DNA from: Nannocystales bacterium | Lineage (GTDB): Bacteria > Myxococcota_A > Polyangia > Nannocystales > Nannocystaceae | Length of the DNA: 64,000 bases | Reading direction: 5' to 3' | Assembly (NCBI GenBank): GCA_050633305.1 | Contig: JBOEGF010000027.1 | Span: forward strand, 127,403 to 191,402 | In this document: positions 57,701 to 64,000 of the stretch, piece by piece | How the letters are laid out: every line of letters begins with the position of its first letter | How positions within the stretch are numbered: the stretch's first letter is position 1 | Notes under the pieces: model-generated | The model's input: the letters and a program-made list of their open reading frames with translations, nothing else | Told to the model about the DNA's origin: nothing | Databases searched by the model: none | Program-made: the position numbers and the translations under genes

Positions 57701-57754
57701 CGACACGACGGCGGTTGGTGCATCCGCACCGCACTCCGAGCCCTCCGACGTCAC
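54704..57754 (-). CDS. Membrane Ser/Thr protein kinase with TPRs
   Basis: GAGGLGIVF, VAVK, HRDFKPDNV, DFG, GTPVYMSPEQ, TM, LG.DHP TPRs; start approximate. Confidence 0.92.
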   Translation of the reverse strand: MTSEGSECGADAPTAVVSGTVADDAPSENPEPAFIPPERVDRYVLGRMLGAGGLGIVFEAWDPKLERHVAVKLVRNRRRRTELRGAERFLREAQALARLSHPNVVGVYGVGTCEDGKTVYVVMEHVRGQTLRTWAQEGSRSPEELLEVFGAAGRGLAAAHAAGIVHRDFKPDNVMVDEDGRVRVLDFGLALVGEHGGASSGLESVSSVAPAHGESSVEGRLTEIGIVMGTPVYMSPEQHVGRPVSPASDQYSFCVAFLRLLWGGKRVFAGRTAREMAIAKARGRIETRPEGSAVPRWLEKVLTRGLQPEPRDRWPSMDALLRSLQRRSVKARWGGAVGALGLAAAVVGVAASTPQDSDCVRGAQRMGSAWDADAQALTSSSILESLGPRGADVVARLRGRLDADVEAWHATYLSSCDAYATARIDDAMFDRRMSCLRRRVTQRERLISGTASDSARAARVPELLLQLESIEACADDEALAEAGVLWPLPESPARKAEAEAVRVELSRVSELSRAGKFGLAREALADLTPRIMSLGFDPLVAELRYAQGQVAAEEGNRERAAEVYEDALAAAEACGHDVVAAAVASDLVFLYSTAFRRFEEAERLMAYADAMLDRAGRPAHLQRKLAHSAMSFYSRQQRYDEALEVVQAALPEQAPQTVQERYTYSISLNNLALLHMRKGEDRRAEALLVDALALREEALGVDHPKLGTLHLNVAKAMVKNGKYTDAEPHLNRSIALLSILGDDHLAVARPFLARGVVRKKQGRLDEARTDYERALELARKGGRVQMEAMVLANLGNLEKRSGNIELALQRHAEALAMRQAELGPEHLDVASSYGDIASLYRRTERFEEAWEHLDRELSIKRKALDDDHPKLVSTYQRRANLALDQKNYTRARSELDDAFRVLQRHGLEDTAAASSFVSLGRLELEQESFTEAIRAYREGLQRYEMSSRSPGMLGATRLGLAKALWASGDHAAARDALSRARVELRRSGPGAAEDLEELETIAVSWSGPAPVRGLSE

Positions 57755-57856
57755 CGCTCCATGGTCCCGCGCCTCGCCTCGATGGCGCAATCGGGGCACG
57801 AGGCGGCCGTCCGTTCCGTTCGCACATCGTCAGGTGCGCTGTTACGGTGTTCTGGC

Positions 57857-58336
57857 ATGCGCCGCGGCCTCTTCGCCCTCGGGACCGCGGCCCTCGTCGC
57901 GTTCATCGGAGCACTCGTCCTGCTCGAGACCCGCGAGGATCCGAATCCTCCCCGCGCGACGACCCCCCTCGCTCGACCCAACGATGGTGCGCGAGAACCC
58001 ACAGAGGCGCCCACGCGACCCCCATCGCGAGACCCGGGCAAGGCCACTCCACCACCCGCCGGCTTCAAGCTTGGCAAGGCCAGCGGCCCGGATGCTCGTT
58101 CCAACGCGCAGGCGATTCTGGACAACACGCTCGTCGAACTCCGCCGGCTGGACACCTCACAGCAGACACTGGCGCGGGATGTCTACATGCGAGGGCATTC
58201 GGCCGCGGAGCGCGTCGAGGATGAACTCGGCGACGACGATGAGCCCGGTCGCGCCGCGCTTCGAGCCCACGAGGATGCGCTCAAGGCCGAGCTCCGCCGC
58301 ATCTACGGCGTGGACGAAGCTAGTCCGCGTCCATGA
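57857..58336 (+). CDS. Membrane-anchored hypothetical protein
   Basis: N-terminal TM, Pro-rich linker, helical C-terminus. Confidence 0.65.
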   Translation: MRRGLFALGTAALVAFIGALVLLETREDPNPPRATTPLARPNDGAREPTEAPTRPPSRDPGKATPPPAGFKLGKASGPDARSNAQAILDNTLVELRRLDTSQQTLARDVYMRGHSAAERVEDELGDDDEPGRAALRAHEDALKAELRRIYGVDEASPRP

Positions 58337-58760
58337 ACGCCTGCATCGCGACGCGAAGATCGTCGGGCAGCGGCATCGACCGCCGGAATTGCTCGGAGTC
58401 CGGGTCGAGGTCCATCACCGCACACACCGTCGCCCCCGTCCCCCGGACGTCGTCGGGGTCGTCGGCCCCGCGGATTCGGTAGCCCAACCTCATCGAACTA
58501 CGGCCCAGGTGCTCGAGCCGGAGTTCGACGACAACCGACTCCCCGAACGCCGTCGGTTTCTGGAAGTCCGCTTCGGTATGCACCGAGGGAAAGCCTACCT
58601 TTCGACGGACGATGACGTCGTCGTACGGCGCTTCGAGGCAGGCTGAGAACCACGATTCCATCGCTTCGTGGAACATGTCGAAGAAGCGCGGGAAGTAGAC
58701 GATGCCCGCGGGGTCGCAGTGGCCCCAGTAGACCTGCAACCGGTGGTGATGGACGGCCAT
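58320..58760 (-). CDS. Acyl-CoA thioesterase (4HBT/YbgC family)
   Basis: HCDPAGIVYFPRFF hotdog-fold motif. Confidence 0.9.
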   Translation of the reverse strand: MAVHHHRLQVYWGHCDPAGIVYFPRFFDMFHEAMESWFSACLEAPYDDVIVRRKVGFPSVHTEADFQKPTAFGESVVVELRLEHLGRSSMRLGYRIRGADDPDDVRGTGATVCAVMDLDPDSEQFRRSMPLPDDLRVAMQAFMDAD

Positions 58761-58850
58761 GCCGCCACCCTACCGGCTCGCGTATCTTCGGCGCCAGCAG
58801 CATCCGGAGGTTAGACTTGGCGCGTTGTCCGAAGCCGACGGTGAAGCCAC

Positions 58851-60140
58851 GTGAGTCTCAAGTCCACGCTCCAACCCTTCGTCGCAGCCGCGATCACGAC
58901 CCCCTTGCGGCGTGATGCCTTGCGGCGAGTTCGCGAGCGATGGAGACGCGTCCGAGGCAAGCCGCACCGCCTCACCGCGTTTATTCGGCTCGACGACCCC
59001 TACGCGCTGCTACTGCTGCACGCCCTGCAGACCGTACGAGAGCGCTTCGACGTCCAGCTCGAGCTGCGCGTGGTCGGGGCGACCCCATCGTCCATGGACC
59101 CAGCACCCGAAGCGTTGCGGGCATGGGCTCGACTCGACGCGGCCCGGGTCGCGGCGCTCTATGACCTGCAGGTCCCAGACTTCGACGCCCGGCGAGCGAG
59201 CGAGAGTGAGTCCGCGTCACTGGCCAGCCTCGAGTCGGCGCCCGACCCTCTCCTCGCCTTGCGCTCCGCGCTCGAGGGGTGGTGGCGAGGCGCACCAATT
59301 CCCGGATCGGCCAACGCCAAGCGGCTCGCGGAGAACAACCGCGAGCGCTCGTCCCGTGGCCACTACCTCAGCGCGATGGTCCACTATGAGGGGGAGTGGT
59401 ACTGGGGCATCGACCGGCTCAACCACCTGACCCAACGACTCGACACGCTCGGCCTGCGCACCGTCGAGGCACGGCCAGCGTTCGAGCGTCGGTTCGCGTT
59501 CCTCACGGAGCCCGCGCCCGAGACCGGGCCTTCCGCGGAGCTGGAGTTGTTCTGGTCCGGGCGTAGTCCGTACGCCTACCTCGCGCTCGAACGCGCCTAC
59601 CAGCTCGCCGACCACCACAGCGTCCCTTTGCGGATCCGTCCTGTGCTGCCGATGGTGATGCGGGACCTGACGGTTCCGCTTCCCAAGCGGCGATACATCC
59701 TCGGCGACGCCAAGCGGGAGGCCGATTGGCTGGGCATTCCACTGGGCTTCATCTGCGACCCGGTCGGCCTCGGTATCGAGCGGGGCTACGCCTTGCTCGA
59801 CGTCGCCCGGCAACACGATCGCCTCCGTGAGTACGTGCTCGCATTTTCGACCGCAGTGTGGAGCGAAGGGATCGACGCGGCAACCGAGGCGGGGTTGGAA
59901 CAGATCGCGACCAACGCCGGACTGCCGTGGGCCCCCTGCCGCGCCGCGATGCGCGGAGACCACTGGCGAGCCGAGGTCGAGGCCAACCGCTCCACACTTC
60001 TCGACGCAGGGCAGTGGGGCGTGCCCGTCCTACGATGCGGTGAGAGCGTAGTTTGGGGCCAAGACCGATTCTGGGTCCTCGACCGCGCCCTGCAAGAGCT
60101 CGCCGCGTCCCCGACCCCACCTGCGCCCGAACATGCGTAG
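58851..60140 (+). CDS. Two-domain DsbA/HCCA-isomerase (kappa-GST-like) protein
   Basis: DDPY..L...YEGEWYWGIDRL and SGRSPYAYL...WGVP...WGQDR halves. Confidence 0.85.
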   Translation: MSLKSTLQPFVAAAITTPLRRDALRRVRERWRRVRGKPHRLTAFIRLDDPYALLLLHALQTVRERFDVQLELRVVGATPSSMDPAPEALRAWARLDAARVAALYDLQVPDFDARRASESESASLASLESAPDPLLALRSALEGWWRGAPIPGSANAKRLAENNRERSSRGHYLSAMVHYEGEWYWGIDRLNHLTQRLDTLGLRTVEARPAFERRFAFLTEPAPETGPSAELELFWSGRSPYAYLALERAYQLADHHSVPLRIRPVLPMVMRDLTVPLPKRRYILGDAKREADWLGIPLGFICDPVGLGIERGYALLDVARQHDRLREYVLAFSTAVWSEGIDAATEAGLEQIATNAGLPWAPCRAAMRGDHWRAEVEANRSTLLDAGQWGVPVLRCGESVVWGQDRFWVLDRALQELAASPTPPAPEHA

Positions 60141-60148
60141 GCCCGGCA

Positions 60149-61900
60149 CTACAGGGACGCCGACTCGGGCCGCCCGGCTCCGCGGGAGAGCCGAACCGCG
60201 ACCTCCAAGAGCTCCCCGGTCCGTACCGGTTTGACAACGAACGCGTCCGCTCCCGCATCGAGTGCAGCGGCTTCGGCATCCAAACTCCCGCTGAGCACCA
60301 GCACAGGCGGGGCGTCGACACTCGACATCGACGCGAGCACATCGACCCCGGTTCTCCCCGGCATCTCCAGATCCAGCACGACCAGGTCGAACGCCTCGCT
60401 GCGAAGTCTCTCCTCCGCCTCGCGGCCATCCGCAGCGGTCTCCACACGCGCTCCGACGTGCTCGAGCACTCGGGCAACCACTTCGCGCACGGTGGCGTCG
60501 TCGTCGACGACCAAGACACGTCGCCCGCGCAGCTCCCCCCGACGAGGCAGAGCCGGCTTGGACGGCTCCGATCGGGACTCCCGTGCCTTGGCATCCCAAG
60601 CAACTGTGGGACCCGCCAAGGCATCCATGCTCACCCGGAAGCAGAGGCGTGTCCCTTGCGGACTGGTTTCGTCGACCCAGATCGCGCCCCCCATCGCCTC
60701 CACAAAGTCGCGAGAGATCGACAGACCCAGCCCCACCCCCCCACCCACTGAAGCCTGCTCGCCTTGCTGCCAGGGCTCGAACACATCTCGGATGACGGTT
60801 GGAGCGATGCCCACGCCCGTATCCTCCACGGCGAACGACAACCCTCCCTGCTCGGCGGCACGGCCAACGGCGACCCGAACCTGGCCCTCGCGCGTGTGCT
60901 TCAGCGCATTGCCGAGCAAGTTGAGCAAGACCTGACGAAGCCGCGCACGGTCTCCGGACCAGCGGTCGGGGGTCTCGGACTCGACATCGACGACCAATCG
61001 GATCCGCGAACCATCCATTTGGGGCGAGACGACCTCAACCACATCGTCGAGCAACTTGGAGACTGAGAATTCCTCCCGTCGTTGGGGCAACACCCCATCC
61101 TCGAGCCGCACCAGGTCGAGAATGTCGTCGAGGGTTCGCAGCGTGGCCCGGGCGGTTCGCTGCAGCTGCCCCAGAGACTGTCCCCCACCCCCGGAATCGA
61201 CGTCGAGCATGTCCGCGGTCAACGCGAGGCTCGTCATCGGCGAGCGCAACTCGTGGCTCAGCATCGCGAGCAACCGGTGCCGTGCAACACGGTCCGTACG
61301 AGCTTGGGCCTCGGCCGCCTTCCGATCCCGGGTCTCCGCCTGCAAACGATGCATCGCTCGCTGCAGCGCCTGCTCTCGCCTCCTGCGCTCTCGATGGAAC
61401 GCGACCGCCAAGACCGCCGATAGACCCAGTACGGCGAAGAGGTTGGGTACCGACAACGGGTGCTGCCACATGGCATCGGCAGGATCCGCCCTCAATGCCG
61501 TCCACCCGACTGCAACCGCCGTCGCCGGCACCCACAAGAACAGATGCCGCGCACGACCCCACAACGTCGCCCAGGTTGGCACCAGCAGGAACCAGACGAC
61601 GCCGATGTTCGGCGTCCCCCTCGTCACGTCGAGGACGATGGTCTGGTAGACGAGGAAGCTTCCCGAAACGATGTGCAGGGCGAGGCTGCGCCCGATTCGC
61701 GGGCTGAGCAGGATCGCCGAGCCCATGATCAGGAGTTCGGCCGTCAGGAGCCAGGACTCCAGCGAGCTCGCGAACACACCGACAAGAACCGCAAACGCGA
61801 GCCCGAGGGCGCCAAACGACCCGCGCACCAGCGGCCACGAAGGCGTCGCACCGTCGATGAGCGCGCCCTCGTCGACCGCAGATGCCTCTGCCGACCCCAC
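60149..61900 (-). CDS. Membrane hybrid sensor histidine kinase/response regulator
   Basis: SHELRSP, NLLGNALK, DTGVGI, GVGLGL; receiver LVVDDD, DLEMPG, KP; start uncertain. Confidence 0.9.
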   Translation of the reverse strand: MGSAEASAVDEGALIDGATPSWPLVRGSFGALGLAFAVLVGVFASSLESWLLTAELLIMGSAILLSPRIGRSLALHIVSGSFLVYQTIVLDVTRGTPNIGVVWFLLVPTWATLWGRARHLFLWVPATAVAVGWTALRADPADAMWQHPLSVPNLFAVLGLSAVLAVAFHRERRRREQALQRAMHRLQAETRDRKAAEAQARTDRVARHRLLAMLSHELRSPMTSLALTADMLDVDSGGGGQSLGQLQRTARATLRTLDDILDLVRLEDGVLPQRREEFSVSKLLDDVVEVVSPQMDGSRIRLVVDVESETPDRWSGDRARLRQVLLNLLGNALKHTREGQVRVAVGRAAEQGGLSFAVEDTGVGIAPTVIRDVFEPWQQGEQASVGGGVGLGLSISRDFVEAMGGAIWVDETSPQGTRLCFRVSMDALAGPTVAWDAKARESRSEPSKPALPRRGELRGRRVLVVDDDATVREVVARVLEHVGARVETAADGREAEERLRSEAFDLVVLDLEMPGRTGVDVLASMSSVDAPPVLVLSGSLDAEAAALDAGADAFVVKPVRTGELLEVAVRLSRGAGRPESASL

Positions 61901-62011
61901 ACGCAGAGAATGCCAGCTGTCCTCGACACGCAGTGTGCGCAGCCGGCCCGATCTGGCCCACCTCGGGGAATACACCCCCTGTGCGGCCGAAAGGACCGAA
62001 GCGCGCGGAGT

Positions 62012-62371
62012 CTACTTGACCTGCTCGTCGCGACGATCGGGATGCTCGTTGTACCAAGTCTGCAGGGACTCATGGCTGATCTCGACCCGGAGATCGGCCT
62101 CCTGCACGACACACTGGCAGCCTAGCCGTGAACTCGGGCGGACATCAAAGCCCATGTCCAAACGGTCTTCCTCGGCCTCCTCCATCTCCTCGAGCGAGGC
62201 GAGCCCCTCCTTGATGTAGACGTGGCACGACGAGCACGCACAAACGCCCCCGCAGGCGGAGCCTAGTTTGACCCCATGCTCTTCGGCAATCTCGAGGAGG
62301 TTGGAAGACGAGGCTTTAACCTCGACTTCAGAGGTGGCGCCTTCAGGGTCGACGAACGTGATCTTGGGCAT
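62012..62371 (-). CDS. fdx: ISC-type 2Fe-2S ferredoxin
   Basis: CGGVCACSSCH...SRLGCQ; adjacent to hscA. Confidence 0.92.
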   Translation of the reverse strand: MPKITFVDPEGATSEVEVKASSSNLLEIAEEHGVKLGSACGGVCACSSCHVYIKEGLASLEEMEEAEEDRLDMGFDVRPSSRLGCQCVVQEADLRVEISHESLQTWYNEHPDRRDEQVK

Positions 62372-62385
62372 CGTGGATCTCGCGA

Positions 62386-64000
62386 TCAGGTTTGCTGGGG
62401 GGTATGGCTTCCGCGTCGCTCTTCGAGCGTTTCCTCGGCGGCCAGGGTCGATTCAATTTCACCGAGGGACTTGCCCTCCATGCCGGACAACAACGCCCGT
62501 TCCATGCGACGGCGGGCGAATGCTTCGCTGACGCTCTCGAGATGCTCCCGAGCCTTCTTGAGCTCGGCAGGCGTCCCGGCAGGGTTGGCCATGGCTTCGT
62601 CGGTGGCGACGAGCGCGGCAACGATCAGCTCGCGCTCCTCCGCGGGCAGCAGGCTTTCGAGATGTCCGACCTCTTCAAGTGCCGTGCGGACCGCCAGCGA
62701 CACGCGGCCGGTCTCGACACGTCCCTCCGCGAGGTTGCGGGCTTCAAAGTCGGCCTCAGCGTTGTCCAGGCTCTCCATCACCAACGAGTCGACGGCGGCC
62801 TCGTCCAGGCCGTAGGTCGGCTTGACCTCGACGGTCTGTTTGACGCCCGTCATCAGCTCTTTGGCCGTGACGGTGAGCAACGCGTCTGCGTCCAGCTGAA
62901 ACGACACTTCGACGCGCGCCATGGACGGCGGCAGCTGAGGGATCCCTCGCAGCTCGAACTTGGCGAGCGAGCGACAATCGGACGCCAGCTCGCGCTCGCC
63001 CTGGACGACATGGAACACCATGCCGGTCTGCTGCTCGGAGTAGTTCGTGAAGACCTGCCGCGCGCCGATGGGGATCGTCGCGTTCCTCGGAATGAGCTGC
63101 TCCACGATGCCGCCCATCGTCTCGATGCCAAGGCTCAGCGGAACGACATCGAGCAGGGTGACGCCCTCGCGAGCGCTTCCCGACAGGATGTCCGCCTGAA
63201 TCGCCGCGCCGTAGGCCACGACGCGGTCCGGGTCCAGGTCGCACAGTGGCGGCCGCTTGAAGGTCTTCTCGACCACCTCCCGCACCTTCGGCACCCGGGT
63301 CGAGCCACCGACCAGCACAACCCCGTGCAAATCGTCTGCGGTGACGTCGGCATCCTTGAGCGTCTGCCGACACGCCTTGACGGTTCGACGCACGATCGGG
63401 CTGATCAACCCCTCGAATGCCTCGCGGGTGACCTCGAAACCAGTGAGGCTACAGGTGGGAACATCCACCGACACCGTTTCGGCATCGCTCAGGCGCTCCT
63501 TCGCGCTTCGAGCCACGGCCAACGCCTCTTCGCGTTGCCCAGCAGTCGCGGTTGAGACACCCGCGGCCTCGAGCAGATGGGATGCAAGCGCGTGGTCGAA
63601 GTCGTCACCGCCGAGCGCCGAGTCGCCCCCGGTCGCGAGCACCTGAAAGACCCCCTCGCGAAGGCGGAGGATACTGATGTCGAACGTTCCGCCACCGAGG
63701 TCGTAGATGGCAAACAGGCCTTGCTTGCCGCCGTCGTTTTGATCGAGTCCGTACGCGAGCGCCGCAGCGGTGGGCTCCGCGAGCAACCGATAGACCCTCA
63801 ACCCTGCGATCCGCCCAGCATCCTTGGTGGCTTGCCGCTGTGCGTCGTCGAAGTACGCGGGCACCGTGATCACGGCGCCATCGATCGGCTCACCGAGTTC
63901 GGCCTCGGCGCGAGTCTTGAGCACGCGAAGGATCTCGGCCGAGACCTCCATCGGCGTCACGGCCCGCTGGGCCCCCATGTCGAAACGAACGACTTGGTCC
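62386..64000 (-). CDS. hscA: Fe-S assembly Hsp70 chaperone HscA (5' end outside the window)
   Basis: [50 protein letters not shown]; upstream of fdx. Confidence 0.9.
   Translation of the reverse strand, partial: DQVVRFDMGAQRAVTPMEVSAEILRVLKTRAEAELGEPIDGAVITVPAYFDDAQRQATKDAGRIAGLRVYRLLAEPTAAALAYGLDQNDGGKQGLFAIYDLGGGTFDISILRLREGVFQVLATGGDSALGGDDFDHALASHLLEAAGVSTATAGQREEALAVARSAKERLSDAETVSVDVPTCSLTGFEVTREAFEGLISPIVRRTVKACRQTLKDADVTADDLHGVVLVGGSTRVPKVREVVEKTFKRPPLCDLDPDRVVAYGAAIQADILSGSAREGVTLLDVVPLSLGIETMGGIVEQLIPRNATIPIGARQVFTNYSEQQTGMVFHVVQGERELASDCRSLAKFELRGIPQLPPSMARVEVSFQLDADALLTVTAKELMTGVKQTVEVKPTYGLDEAAVDSLVMESLDNAEADFEARNLAEGRVETGRVSLAVRTALEEVGHLESLLPAEERELIVAALVATDEAMANPAGTPAELKKAREHLESVSEAFARRRMERALLSGMEGKSLGEIESTLAAEETLEERRGSHTPQQT

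Noticed and set aside
62012..64000. hscA as dnaK, or as something unusual
   Set aside because: Adjacency to the ISC ferredoxin and HscA-type motifs indicate the ordinary isc operon tail.

Overview
High-GC (roughly 68-70% by eye) bacterial chromosome segment, very probably a myxobacterium of the Nannocystaceae/Plesiocystis type. This is inferred from a MYXO-CTERM-like tail, Myxococcus Cys-rich repeats, Myxococcales-type sigma factors and many Ser/Thr kinase-TPR receptors. Housekeeping genes (pepN, RNase D, panC, rsmB, rpe, tRNA-Glu, scoAB, sixA, ppx, atoE, fdx, partial hscA) flank an accessory, partly eroded region between tRNA-Glu (23269-23340) and scoA (40601). The dominant theme is five membrane Ser/Thr kinase-TPR receptors, three of them wired to sigma factors. 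Two kinases carry an N-terminal zinc anti-sigma-like (HxxxCxxC) domain and sit head-to-head with a Myxococcales-type sigma, one intact and one frameshifted and internally deleted. A third forms a kinase - small Ser/Thr-rich ORF - tandem ECF sigma pair module. Other oddities are a cytochrome P460-family protein with Cys at the heme-crosslinking Lys position, a degenerate TatC paralogue lacking the twin-arginine recognition residues, a contracted CxCH heme motif, and a window-wide TANNNT-N6/7-start signature of leaderless transcription. No CRISPR array, rRNA, integrase or transposase was seen. All family calls come from motif recognition by eye; no database search was run.
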